A DNA stretch of 64,000 nucleotides from Eledone cirrhosa (Eukaryota), in the NCBI GenBank assembly GCA_964016885.1, contig OZ024744.1, positions 54,684,001 through 54,748,000 on the forward strand, given 5' to 3'. Below are positions 36,951-50,306 of this stretch, piece after piece; the first letter of the stretch is position 1, and every line of letters begins with the position of its first letter. Both the position numbers and the translations under genes were made by a program. A model generated the notes under the pieces. It worked only from the letters and a program-made list of their open reading frames with translations. It searched no databases and was not told the DNA's origin.

Positions 36951-38094
36951 CTAATGTCTTTCATTAACAATAGTAATGAAAGGTTTAATCATCTTAAGGC
37001 ACCAGCACACTAGGTCTATGGACCTTCATTGCTAAGCTATGTATGCTATGGTTGTGTATGTAGTGGCCCTGATGCACTGCTTTATGCGGTGTGGGGACAT
37101 AATGCTGTTAAAATGTTCTTGTATTTTTTTATTGCTCCAGTTCAGTCAGCTAAAAATGAGAACCAGCAACAGCAGCTGGGAGTTAACAATGTGATGGTCT
37201 GGCATTCCATCCAGTAAGATAGTCTACTTCTTTCAGTTGCTTATTACTTCATGGTACCAGATTAAGCTCTGAGACCTGTCCAACATGTTTAAACATGCTT
37301 AAATGGACATAAAAACAATAAATCTAACTCTTAACTTTAAAATTATATAATCAATCACATTTCACATTTTGACTTTCAAAATTTAAGGTCAAGGTCAGAA
37401 ATAATTGTCCTTCTTCACTACCCTCACCCCCCATCCTATTGATGTTCGTTAACTTGGTAGTAGAAATATTGTATTGTTTGATGACTTTTCACACCTAATT
37501 ATTAACTGATATTACAATTAAACAGAACAAATATTAATGAGTACACATACAGACACAGACACAGGCATAGACACTGACACACATACATACATACATACAT
37601 ACATACATACATACATACATACATACATACATACATACATACATACATACATACATACATACATACATACACACGCGTGCATGCACAAATACACACAAGT
37701 ATGTGTATGAGAGTGAGCTGAAATACTCATAGGCTAACTATGAAGGAGTGATGTTAGAGCTGTGAAATCTTGCATGCACTAATTTCAACTCTTCTTATTA
37801 ATAACTGCATTGTTTCTTTCCATGGGCTATGTTGAAAAATAAACCTCATTTGCTCATTCCATGAGAGTATCTTGGTCAGATTATGAACTTTTCAGCTTAT
37901 TAATTTTTCAGCCTATGAACTTGTCAGCCGACCCTCATATGTATGTATGTATGTATATGTGTATGTATATATGTATATATGTATGTGTGTATATATGTAT
38001 GTATGTATGTTCTGATTTTATTATTTCATAAAATTTCACCAATAGAGAGAGATAGAGAGCTGGTTTCTAAGAAACAAAATTTTCGTTGGAATTT

Positions 38095-38757
38095 AGACAC
38101 CAAGTAGGATACCAAAACAACTCTTTTATGGAGAGTTAGTTAGAGGAAAACGACCTCAACATAAACCCAAAAAAGAGGTATAAGGATTCGTTGAAGTCTC
38201 CTTGAAAGATGCTAACATCTCTGCTGATACATGGGAAAACGTAGCTGCTGATCGTAATAAATGGAGAAAGACTGTATATGAGGGGAAAGTTGCTTTTGAA
38301 GCATCTGGAATAGCATATGAGAAAGCAAAATGTCAGGAAAAGCATTGCTGTTATATTTCCAGACAGCAAAGGTCCTCCTATGAAGCTAACATGCAGCATC
38401 TGAGCAAAGCTCTGCCTCAGCAAAGCTGAACTCAAAAGTCATCTTCGCAGTCATAAAGTGAGACCAATGGTTGACTACCAGGCTGCTGTTGGAGATGCTA
38501 CTCATCATACCTGCCAAGCATATGGAAAAGAGTGTTGATCAACAGGAGGACTCAAACGACATGCAATCAACCACATGATAATCAACCACAGCCAGCTATT
38601 GCCAGTGAATGTTTTTATCATGGTTGCCAACTCTGTGCAAGACATTTTAGATCATTGGTTGGGTTAAAAAGCCACATTTGATCGCAGCACTGTTAATTAT
38701 TAATTTCTTTTTTATGGTTTGATGGCCATACTCGATAACGAGGAGGCATCCATCATG
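38095..38757 (+). mobile_element. RTE LINE 3' fragment with C2H2 zinc-finger relics
   Basis: RIPKQLFYGEL, TWENVAADRNKWRKTV and SKAELKSH-type motifs, with a (TATG)n tail. Confidence 0.8.
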
Positions 38758-38837
38758 TATGTATGTATGTTTGTTTGTATGCATGAGTGTGTGTGTGTGT
38801 GTTCATCTAGTTTTATTATTTTATAAATTTTTAATAG

Positions 38838-39250
38838 TGGATTGGCAGTATTGGTAGAGCATCGGGCAACATGCTTTGCAGCACAGAGTTTATGGCTCTT
38901 TATGTTTTGAGTTCAAATCCCACAGGGATTAGCTTTGCCTTTCATACTTTAGGGGTCGATAAAATAAAGTACCAGTAACACACTGTCATTGATTTTATCA
39001 ACCTTTCCTCTCCATCAAATTTGCTGGCCTTGTGCCTAAAACAAATCATTTTTTTATAAGGGTGGCGGATTGGCAGTATCGGTAGAAGGTCGGACGCCAT
39101 GCTTTGACGCATAGAGTTATGGCCCTTGCCATTCTGAGTTCAAATCCCGCCAAGGTTAACTTTGCCGTTCATCCTTATGGAGTCGATAAAATAAAGTACC
39201 AGTAATACACTGGGTATTTGCTGGCCTTGTGCCAAAAATAGAAACAATTA
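38838..39250 (+). mobile_element. Two tandem tRNA-derived SINEs (family A)
   Basis: 38838-39045 and 39061-39250 have A box tggcagtatcggtagag, B box gagttcaaatcc and the conserved core. Confidence 0.85.
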
Positions 39251-39544
39251 TTTTATAAATGTTTACCATGATGATGATTTACCAATAGAAAGTTGGTTTC
39301 TAAAATAGACACAAGACTTTGATTGGAATTTAGACATCATCAACTAGGTAAATACATATGTATGTCTATCTGTGTGGGTGTGTGTGTGCCTGTAAGGATG
39401 TTATTGCTTGTGTGGATCTGTGTTTTGTGTTGGTGTTGTTTCGGTATCTATATATGTGTACATGTAGTTATTACATGCTGAATTTCTGAAAGTTCATTAA
39501 TATTTTGTACTTGCAACTGCCTAACTAGCCATGCACTTTCTGAT

Positions 39545-39742
39545 TCTGTGAAGCTCAGCTTCTCAAAATTTGTATATAAAGCAGTTAATACCATATCTCA
39601 GTGACCCAATAATCACAGGTATAAATATGTAGGTATAGTCAAGGTGGAGTATCTGCAGATTATTCATTATTTCAGCACAAATATTTTCCTTGTCACTAAT
39701 CTTTAGCATTATACCTACATTTGCTGGGCAGCTGATTTCCAC
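39545..39742 (-). mobile_element. R4-like REL endonuclease fragment
   Basis: VEISCPA..K..Y.FIPVIIGSLRY, similar to 47220-47500. Confidence 0.65.
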
Positions 39743-39798
<56 letters not shown>

Positions 39799-39800
39799 TA

Positions 39801-40073
39801 ATATATAAGATCAAAAGATGGTTAAAAGAGTTCCATGTATTTTATTATGCGCATTTCAAAAACAAATATCATCATGCAATAACATTTGCGTTTTCGTCAG
39901 ATAAAATAGGAAGACATGATATGAAGGTTAAAACACACTTGTGAATAGTGCAGTTTTAAATCAACATCTTTTGATCTTATATATTATTTATACTCCAGTC
40001 CTACAAACTGTAGAGTGATTCTTATCCGATATCTGCATTGCTTTATTGTACTACAATAAAACTCACCTCCTAC
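39801..40073. mobile_element. Fold-back HHR element (same family as 12070-12232)
   Basis: Inverted repeat of about 20 bp (atatataagatcaaaagatg / catcttttgatcttatatat), an HHR, a unique tail and (TA)n on both sides. Confidence 0.8.
39839..39907 (-). ncRNA. Hammerhead ribozyme
   Basis: Reverse complement: attttat-CTGACGA-aaacgcaaatgttat...atgatatttgttttt-GAAA-tgcgca-TA-ataaaat. Confidence 0.87.
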
Positions 40074-40091
40074 ATATATATATATATATAT

Positions 40092-40437
40092 GGAGGCACA
40101 TGGCTTAGTGGTTAGAGCATTGGCCTTGCAATCGAAAGGTTGTGAGTTCAATTCTCAGACCGGGTGATGTGTTGTTTCCTTGAGCAAGACACTTTATTTC
40201 ACATTGCTCCAGTTTACTCAGCTGTAGAAATGAGATGAGAGGGACTGGGGTCCCTATCATTCCACTGTAAAGTGGTCGTGGAGGTGCCACGGCAAAAAAG
40301 CACGCAGCACTCACTGTAAATGAGGTTGGTGTTAGGAAGGGCATCCAGCTGTAGAAATCAAGTCAGAATTAGTTCCCGTCCCACCCTTGCAAGCGGGGAA
40401 AAAGTGGACATAAAATGAAATGATGATGATGATGATG
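40092..40437 (+). mobile_element. tRNA-derived SINE (family B) with RTE 3' tail
   Basis: tggcttagtggttagagc...gagttcaattc head, a cttgagcaagacactt core, then gttggtgttaggaagggcatccagc and (GAT)n shared with RTE. A related copy lies at about 54620-54830. Confidence 0.8.
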
Positions 40438-40520
40438 AGATATATATATATATATGAAAGAGTTAAAATCCTGCTCTCTCTATATTGGTAAAAATTTATA
40501 AAATATATATATATATATAT

Positions 40521-41475
40521 ATAATAACTAGAAATTGATTAACATATATATAAATAAATATAAACATGAAAAATCACAGGAGATAATTTCTACAAGCGTG
40601 TAACCACGCAAGGCTAGTAGGTAACAAATAAATAAAGTTAACTAGAACTTCAAAAAATATACCTTTTAATGATTAATCTTCCCTGAATATATTCCATTAA
40701 AGAAATATATTTCACCAATTATTCAGATGGTAAGTCACAGAAAGTGGATATTATTGGATTATCAACAAGGAAGAACAATATTCCAGCAATCCATGTTTAC
40801 ACCGCGAGTCAAAATCCTCAACTGGCCGCTACCACATGTTGTTTTTACACATCACAGCGGCTTCGTCTCAGTATATATAGATATATAAATACGGCTCAGT
40901 ATATATAGATATATAAATACGGCTCTTTAACTGTAGAGCTAACTCTGTTGAAAAGAATTGACTGCTATTTCTAGTTGTCGAATACCTATTCACGCCACTG
41001 AGACGAAGCCGCTGTGATGTGTAAAAACAACACGTGGTAGCGGCCAGTTGAGGATTTTGACTCGAAGTGTAAACATGGATTGCAGTATATTGTTCTTCCT
41101 TGTTGATAATCCAATAATATCCACTTTCTGTGACTTACCATCTGAATAATTGGTGAAATATATTTCTTTAATGGAATATATTCAGGGAAGATTAATCATT
41201 AAAAGGTATATATTTTTGAAGTTCTAGTTAACTTTATTTATTTGTTACCTACTAGCCTTGCGTGGTTACACGCTTGTAGAAATTATCTCCTGTGATTATT
41301 CATGTTTATATTTATTTATATATATGTTAATCAATTTCTAGTTATTATAAAATGCTCGGACCTACATAATCTTTGAGCTTATTTTCTGGGCGATATGGCG
41401 CACGCCGTTAAGGCATGACACCCACAATTTCGATTTGGATTAAATTCATTTAATTTATCTTAATTTTGGATATAG
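40521..41475. mobile_element. Large fold-back element without a recognised ribozyme
   Basis: Inverted arms of about 350 bp at 40521-40873 and 40997-41349, a unique tail to about 41475, set in (TA)n. Confidence 0.75.
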
Positions 41476-42395
41476 ATATATATATATATATATATATATA
41501 TGAAAGAGTTAAAATCCTGCTCTCTCTATATTGGTAAAAATTTATAAAATATATATATATATTTTATAAATTTTTACCAATATAGAGAGAGCAAGATTTT
41601 AACTCTTTCATTGAAATTTAGACAGTATCAACTATGTAAAAACGTGTCTGCACGTGTGCGTGTGTGTGTGTATATGTGTGTATGTGCAAGTATGTGTGTA
41701 TGTGTATGTATGTATTTATGAGATGCTCAGATGTTTTTCTCAGGGAGATTTACTTCTACAATTTATGTATGCTTTTAATGTCTCTGATGATACAAAAGAG
41801 ATATAAAATAAAGTGTTAAGGGGGTTAATATGTGTTTATGCTCAGATCTTACTATCAAGAAATGTCAGTTTTTTATTACCTCTGTATTTCTTTACCATTC
41901 TATCTTTTTTTTTTAACTGATTGAGATCTGCACCAACTGTAAATTCAAAATATATCTAATTTTGAATTTGCCACATGCACAGTCCCTAGGCAAGCAACAA
42001 CTTGTTCTTCCACATGTGACGTCACTATTTGCTGTCAAATAGCCATTATAGCAGTAATTTCTCGACACACAGACAGAACAGACCATTTCACACTTTCTCG
42101 CTATAATAGTTATACCTGGTGATGACGCTCTGCAGAACTGACATGCATAGATTGCACGATGCTGCCACTGTGATTGGGAAATTACAAATTGCATTTGTCA
42201 GTGCAGTCTGCACTAGCAGAAACCTCAAGATCCAGGACAACCACACGTGACTGCTGCATCACAAATATACATTTTATTAGCACTCTGAGACAAGTTCGCT
42301 CATTTATACATTCAAACCATATCTCATTGAGTGAGTAATGTGAACAATTGGGATTATATTTCCTTGCTACTTTTAGACTATATGAATTTACTATT

Positions 42396-42558
42396 ACAGT
42401 GAGATTCACATGGTATAAAAAAAAATTTGTTGTAATGAAAAATTCTTTATAACGAGATTGACCTAACACATCGAGTGTGCGGCCGGGGATTGAAAAAAGT
42501 TTCATTATACAGAAAAATTCATTATAATGGTATTTGTTATAATGGAATTTTACCTGTA
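42396..42558. mobile_element. Degenerate Tc1/pogo-type MITE
   Basis: TA-cagtgagattc...gaattttacctg-TA ends with internal ttc.ttataa.g repeats. Confidence 0.55.
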
Positions 42559-43199
42559 TATACTATAATGCAGTTTAATGTAATTATTCCATTTACCATA
42601 TTCTTCACATTTCATTTGTTGAAACACGTGTAAGACTAATAAAAATGTCTTAAATCCTATCATAATTCCTGTATTTATTATTTCAATGCACTTACATACA
42701 ATTTTATGAATTTATTAACCCAAGTTTTAATTCCTGATTTCATATTGATTATACTTTGGATGGATAGATTCATTCTATTTCCTGATTTTAGAACAACACC
42801 ACATCGAGCTTCAAATTGGCATACTTGGCTTAACTTTACCAAAGTGAGGTTCCAGCATTTTACCCTGGTTATATCACCGTCATCATCACCATTTAACACC
42901 TATTTTTCCACGTTTGCTTGGGTTAGATGTGTTGTTACATTATAAGACAAATTAGATGAGGGGACCACGTCTTGCTCATACATATCTGTATTATATATAA
43001 ATATATTAGAAGCTTTCACCATGTTTTGACTAAAGGAAATAGTCTGACATGGCATATGAAACCCCATAACAGAAAAAAAATGAGCATAAACACATACATA
43101 CATGATGGCTGCCCTCTCCTTATCGAGTATGGCCATTGCATGATAATTACTAATTAATTTTATCGTGCAATGCACGAAGATATTTTTTAAAGTGAAGAA

Positions 43200-44157
43200 A
43201 GATTGTGCACTGAGCCAATCCCACTCTCTGAGTGACAGTAGCTATAACTCGAAAAGAAGAAAAGATCAACATCATTGGTAACTACTGAGCCGCAGGTTTT
43301 ATAATGGAGTTATCCCAGTTTCCTGAGTTGCCTTCTCCTGACAAAGGCTAGGGTCCTTCACTCCCAATGGTTTAACCGCGCGATCGGGTGTCCAGCCCGA
43401 CTATTTCTATGTCCCTGCACATATACATACACATGCACCCATGTATATACACATATACATATACATACATATGTACATGTATATATACATATTTACACAC
43501 TTTTGGATGGCTGGTGACTCTTATGAGTCAACATACATACATACATACATACACACATATACACACATACACATATACACACATACATGATGGCTGCAAA
43601 CTCGTGTTCGAACATTGCCATCGCCCGATAAAATGCTCAAAAATGTGAGGCACGAATGTGGCTCTTTAAACCAGCCAAAGACTTGCACCCTCTGGCATAC
43701 ACATGGCAACTGTAGGCTCCTCCGGGACTTTCCATTGCTTCGTTCTGGCTGTGTGTTCTCATGTGTCTTTTGAGACCTCCCATGCTAACACATTCCTTAC
43801 ACCTTTTCAGATCATAATCAACATGAGGTCTACTGATATGACTTTCTTTGTGTCTAGTCAAACCAGCTTTACTCAGGCAGACTTGACCACAGTGCTGGCA
43901 AACCAGATGATGTTCAACAGCAGGCAGTTCAGAACAGTACCTTTTCCTTTCATTCCTTTTCAGTGTTAGGTGATCTCTTCGATGAGTTTCAAAGTGTTCA
44001 CTACCTGACTTGATCAACATCTCCACTTCACTCGCTCCTCAGTCATTTTCTCCCATACGTCAGATGAAATTCGTTACAGACAGGTAAAGGAGGTACAGGT
44101 GAAACTCAGGGCCATGCAAAATACCTGGTGGAGCAACAAAGCAGATGGAGTTCAAGC
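43200..44157 (-). mobile_element. RTE fragments: 5'UTR (43200-43400), C2H2-finger 3' end (43588-44050), inverted internal piece (44060-44157)
   Basis: CQHCGQVCLSKAGLTRH, CKECVSMGGLKRH and [10 protein letters not shown] on the minus strand; LRAMQNTWWSNKA on the plus strand. Confidence 0.75.
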
Positions 44158-44199
44158 ATACATACACACATACACATACACACATACATACATGCATAT

Positions 44200-47100
44200 G
44201 CAGAGGCTAAAAACTTTGTGGAACTCCAAACACCCAGAATTAGACTTTTCCCAAAAACATTTAAATGAACAGGCAAAACGTATCATTAAATGTAAATTAA
44301 TACATCTAACAGAACTGAGTGACACTATTGAAGACAATCATTCCACTTCCATTGACAGACAGAGAGAATGGTCAGCTAAATCTATCAGTAAACAGTACAC
44401 CAACAACTAGCTGAGATCCATCCCACTTCCACTGATGAACAAAGAGAAGGATCAGCTGAATCTAGCAGTAAACAGCACACCAACAACATAGCTGAAATCC
44501 ATAATTCTACTGTACAAACAGAACACCAAAAACTTGTGGATACATTACAAGTGATATGGGATGATATGTTTCAAGAGATACACAGCTTTAATGGGAGTAA
44601 CAGACCATATAACACCAGAATCAGTAAAGAACCCACTAAATTGGAATTGGAAGCAGTGAACAAAATAGCTGACAATTATCTGCAGGCCACATGATCCAAA
44701 AGTGTGGAAACGACATAAGAATTGCTTAATATTTTGTTATATGTTTCAGCTATCACATTGCTATCCTATCATAAAAAAACTACGCAACCAAGATACAAAC
44801 AGAAAGCCTAAACCAGCGTGGATGCGTAATATCAAAAACAAAATTTTGCCCCTAAGATGAAATATCACACAGATCACTGTAGTTATAAAATGCAACATAG
44901 AGAGCAACTAGACATCAGGAATAAACTAGAGAGGCAATTTGGAAATACTAGATTTAAAACTCTAAACTCCAAACTACACCAGTTAAAACAACAACTCACA
45001 GCTGCAGCAAGACTAAAATATAAGTCAACAGTACATAAACGGCAAGTGCTAAATAGATTATTTGCCAGAGATCCTAAATCAGTTTATCGCAGCTTCAATG
45101 GGAAAAGCTCAATCTCTGTAAATGACACCCCTACAAAAGAACAAGTTGAGAGCTACTGCAGATCTGTATGAGAAACGAATGATGGATTTAGCAAACAAAC
45201 TAAATGGCTAAAAGAACTGGAACAGGAATACTGCCAGCATGTCCAGACAAAACAATACGACATAGATGGGTCAATGCTGGAAACAGCTCTGCAGGAAATG
45301 TCGAATAGGAAATCACCAGGCCCAGACCTCATAACAGGATACTGGCTGAGGAATTTCACCTTCTATCGGCAAGATCTCATACGGCTGTTTAGAGAAACCA
45401 TCAAAGGCACACAAGAACTGCCCCAATGGTTATCAACTGCCACTACTCCCCTCATCCCCCAAAATAGCCAAACCACCCTTGATAACATTTACCGCCCAAT
45501 AGCCTGCCAGAACATCAAGTATAAATCATACACTGGGCGCCTTAATCTGTTCTTACAACACCATAGTGCCACCAACAACATTATAACACCTGAACAAGCT
45601 GGTGGAAAGAAGGAGGTGTGGGGCTGCATAGATCACCTACTAACAAATAAAATGATACAGGAAAAAACAGCAAAGAATCGCAGGAACATGACTGTGGTGT
45701 GGCTGGACTATCAAAAGGCTTTTTATAGTGTACCTCATGGGTGGATTGTTAAGGCTTTACAGTTAGCCAAAGTCTCACAACCACTAGTAGCTGCTGTTGA
45801 ACACCTGACTAAGAACTGGTATACCAATTTGATCCTTAGCAGGTAGAAGGGGCAAATTGAGACTGATACATTACACTACCAGAAAGACATCTTTCAGGGT
45901 GATAGCTTATCAGTGCTGCTCTTCGTCCTCACACTAAACCCACTATCATACCTGCTCACAAAACAAAGTGGTCATAGAAGTGGGTCCAGAAGTATCTCCC
46001 ATCTTTTCTTTGTTGATGACCTGAAGTTGTATGGGGCAAATACCAACTATATCAAAAAACAATTGGACCTCATTACACAGTTTTCAACAGACATCAAAAT
46101 GAAATTTGGTGTGTCCAAGTGTGCATATTTGGCAGTAAAATGTGGAAGAGTTGTGCCCTCCTCTGGAAATCTAGAGATGAACGGCTTGACAATACAACCT
46201 CTACAGTCAGGTGACAACTACAGATATCTTGGACAGGATGAGAATGTCAGATATGATGGATCCAAAAATAAGGAGAGAACCAGAACTGAATACCTCAGTA
46301 AAGAAAATATGGTCATCAGAACTATCAGTGTACATTGCCCACAATACTTATGCTGTGCCAATCCTAACACCAACATTTGGTCTGCTGAACTGGTCATTGC
46401 AAGAACTAAGTGAGATGGATGTAAGAACTCGCAAGCTTCTCTGTGTTACTGGCAACTTTAACATCAATGGTGATGTGGATAGGCTATACTTCTCACGCAA
46501 GGAAGGTGGCTGGGTCTAAAATCCATATTAATATCATATAAGACACGGATAGTAACACTGAAGCAACATCTTCAGCAGAAGAAAAAGGTCAGCAACCATC
46601 TTGCCCAGGTCTATGAGCATGAAGGAAATAATATCATTAGGATAGCCACTGATCTGGAGGAGAGATATGGAATAAGGCCTTATATAAATCTCTCTCCCAG
46701 GGAAATTGGAAGATCCTATTCAATGTTCGAACAAGATAATAGAAAATGGACCAGTTTACAGAGAAATTGTGTATGGGTACCTGAGATGAAAAACACAGAC
46801 CATAGAGGGGATAAATCATTAAAAAAACCTGGCATGGAGTTCTAACAAGTTTATGACATCCACCTTGAAGAATACAATACAGGAACAAGAAATACCTACC
46901 AAATATCTGCTACACAAAAGAGGAGGGCCATCAGTTGACAATAAATGTAGGCTATGTAAAACAAAGATCGAAGATGTTAGCCACATTGTTGCCAGCTGTG
47001 AAAGAATGTCATCTCAATACTACCTCCCTATAAGACACCATGTGATAGCTAGAACCATCTGGAGCGCACTGAGGAAAACAAAATTAAAAACAAATGAAGA

Positions 47101-47590
47101 AGAATATGTTGAGATAGATGGCACTAAAGAATACTGGTGGAACCTGAAAATATAAACTGTCACTAAATTAAAGCACAACCGGTCTGATATTGTTGTTTGG
47201 GACCACACATTGAAAACGTGTTCTGTTGTAGAGATCAGCTGCCCACTTGATGTCAACATTGTAAGAAAAATACAAGACAAGGAAGTCATCTATGGACCAT
47301 TGATGAGGAGTTTGCAGATCTAGTATCCAAAATACACCTTCAGCTTCATAGTCATCATTATTGGAGCTACAGGTTATATACCAACCCTAAAGTATGACTG
47401 AACTTAGATTTATGGACAAATAGCACAGCTCCTTAATTCATAGACTACAAATGACTGCGATAGCTGGTACCTTCAAAATTTGCAAAACATTCTTGCGATT
47501 CAAGGGATGACAATTTCTTTTCTTTTACAACCTTGCCACCAGGAAGGTAGCCGGTCAAAAATGTACTCGAAATTAAGAGAATGAGAAAAC
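44200..47590 (+). mobile_element. R4/Dong-clade REL LINE, degenerate near-full ORF
   Basis: KSPGPDLITGYW, YRPIAC, EQAG, WLDYQKAF.SVPH, FQGDSLS, HLFFVDDLKLY, CRLC..EDVSHIVASC, RH, NRSDIVVWD, VEISCP. Flanked by (CATA)/(CA) repeats. Confidence 0.9.
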
Positions 47591-47929
47591 ATACATACAC
47601 ACATACATACATACACACATACACACACACACACATACACACATACATATGTATAAAAAATACATCGGAAAGGATTGCTGCCTTGTTACACACTGAATCA
47701 TGTGGTTTTACTTGAGAATTACATTAAGGGTACATGCACCTGTGAAATAATCATCCACTTTGCCCACTAATTAATTATATGAGTAGGTCATCAGTTGATT
47801 AAACTACCGGGTGCTAATATGTGTTCCTTGGTGAGAGAGAGCCAATCATTTGTTTATCCTTAATACAGCTGATCTGTTTATGTAACAAAAGAGAAAACAT
47901 ATATATAAAAAATATACAAAAGAATAATA

Positions 47930-48107
47930 ATTGTTTCTACTTTAGGCACAAGGCCAACAATTACCCAGTGCATTACTGGTACTTTATTTTATCGACCCCG
48001 TAAGGATGAAAGGCAAAGTCAACCTCAGTGGGATTTGAACTCAGATCGTAAAGGGACATAACTATGCTGGAAAGCATGGCGTCCGACCCTCTGCCGATAC
48101 TGCCAAA
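47930..48107 (-). mobile_element. tRNA-derived SINE (family A)
   Basis: Same head and core as 39061-39250. Confidence 0.85.
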
Positions 48108-48237
48108 TAATGATAGAGAGTAGGGAAAGTTCTGTTTGTTTACTTGAGAAGATAATTAAAAGATCTGTTATGGGTGATTTATGTAAGACAAGGAAGATAG
48201 TAATCACTTTAATAATACGAAGATTAATATTCATATA

Positions 48238-50230
48238 TATCATCATTATCATCATCATCATCATCATTATCATTATCATTATCATCATCATCATTGACAT
48301 CATCATCATCATCATCATATTCGCTATCATCATCATCATTGCTATCATCATCATCATCATCATCATCATCATTGACATCATCATCATCATCACCACCATC
48401 ATTGCTATCATTATCATCATCATCATTGAATGACCATTTTCCAAACTAGCACGGATTGGATTAGAGACCAAGTTAGTACTCAAGTAGAGCCATTGACCTC
48501 TCAGATGGCCCAAAGGTTTCCAACTCACTTATGGTCCTGCACTCCAGCAAGTGCTCAGGCAGGCCAAGGGCCTGCATCTTGCTCACAAGACGTTCCTATT
48601 TGCATGGGTTAGACAGGTCTATAAAGTCTGAATCAGTACTGAAACAGAGCTACTGACTTTCCAGACAGGTCAGTGAGTATACATCTTCCTTACGCATGGT
48701 CTCATGCTCTATTGAGTGTCCAGAGGATGTTGTTATGTCTTTGAAGGGTCCTTCCAACCCATATTTGGCAAGCTTTCTATGACTGGATGCCCTTCCTTTA
48801 CAGCCTGTACTGGGTGGGTTTAGATCACCAACACAAGGGAGGTTGTCATATCCTTGACAATACTGAAGAGTCATCCCAACTCTTTGTTTGGCAAGCCTTT
48901 TAAGGTTGGACACCCTTTCCATCCTGAACTACTTTGCAGCATGTACTGGGTGTATTTATTGAATAGATCACCAACACTAGAGAGGTTGCTGCATTGTGAC
49001 ATGACTGAAGGGCCCTTTCAACCCTTTTTTTTATAGGTATGGTTTCTACAGGGGGATGCCCCTCCTTTAGGCATACATCCAAACATCTAACTTGATTCTG
49101 TCTCTAATTAGTTGTGCTATAACTCTTTCAGCAACTTTCATGACAGTCCATCAACATGTTGCCTCAGTAGTTACTTCTATCTTGCCCTTGTAGCAATTTA
49201 CAATGATACTGTTGCATCAGTCATTGGTTATGACACCATCCTGTACTACTTTATTAACTATGTGTCAGATTAGCTTGCATCCTACCATGCCAGATGCTTT
49301 TAGTATCTCAGTGACTATATGGGATTGTCTAGCTGCCTTCCATACCTTCATATCCTTAATTGCTTTATCTATCATACTGCTGTCAATTTTTATGGCTATT
49401 CCCTCAGTTAGGTCTGCATAGGGTAGGTCCTTACCATCCCATTTATTTTCCTCATTCAGCAGTCTCTCATAGTATGTCTTCCATGCCTCTTTCATGTTGG
49501 TGTCAGACAGGGTGAGTGCTGGACTATTATTTCAGACTCACTTTACCCCAACCACATCACTATAGCACACTGACTCACAATCCAGAACATGTGCAAACTT
49601 TTTCTTTTCTGCCTGTTCCCCCCACTAGATACACTTAGCACCTGACCTCTCTTCTAGCTGCCTGGTATTGCTTTCTGTCTCCTCCATTCCTCAAGTTTCT
49701 CTCCAGGCTTCACCTTTTGTTTGAATGGCTCTTTCTACCTTATCATTCCACCACCACATTATCCTCTGTCTTGCTGGAATCTTGCTTGAACTGCAGTCCT
49801 GGTTTGTAGCATCCAGCAGATTGTCCTGTAGAAATTCCTTATTTTTCTCTGTTATATGTCCCTAACCACTTTTTTTTATTGTCATAGGCATCAAGTAGGA
49901 TTTTCTCTGAATTTGTTACCTGCAGAAGGTTCTCTCAGCTTCCATGTCTTCCTTCTCCAGACAGGCATTTCTTTCTTGGTACTCCCTGGCACTTACTCTA
50001 AAATCACTGACAAATAATCTGTCAGGAGATACATTTCTCCCCAGGAAAGGAGTTGGCATGTACAACCTTATCTTGTTTCCTGGTGAAAATGAAATCTGTT
50101 TGGCTTGTGTGTCTGCCCTGTTGCTAATTGTCAGCTGACTAGTTTCTGAAAGTATGCGTTGCAGATGGTTTATGTTGAGAGTGTTACAGAACTTTAGAAG
50201 CCTAGACACCTCCTCATTTCTTGTACCATA
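48238..50230 (-). mobile_element. Degenerate RTE LINE with expanded (GAT)n tail
   Basis: MKEAWKTYYERLLNEENKW...KAIKDMK; endonuclease-end relics near 50000-50230; repetitive 3'UTR; (CAT)n at 48238-48428. Confidence 0.75.
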
Positions 50231-50306
50231 ATATACATATATGTGTGTCTCTGTGTGTGTGTATGTGTGTGAGTGTTTTTGTGTGTGTGTATTATATATA
50301 TATATA

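Noticed and set aside
38838-39250. tRNA genes suggested by A/B boxes
   Set aside because: No complete cloverleaf. The heads continue into a shared SINE body found many times in the window.
41780-41820. CTGATGA followed by A-rich sequence
   Set aside because: No stem II, GAAA or closing stem I, so probably a chance match.
41913-42390. Cys-rich minus-strand ORFs resembling a transposase or zinc-binding domain
   Set aside because: No consistent motif spacing that I can assign to a family.
43637-44026. C2H2 zinc-finger host gene
   Set aside because: The fingers are degenerate and embedded in an RTE 3' end shared with 38095-38757.
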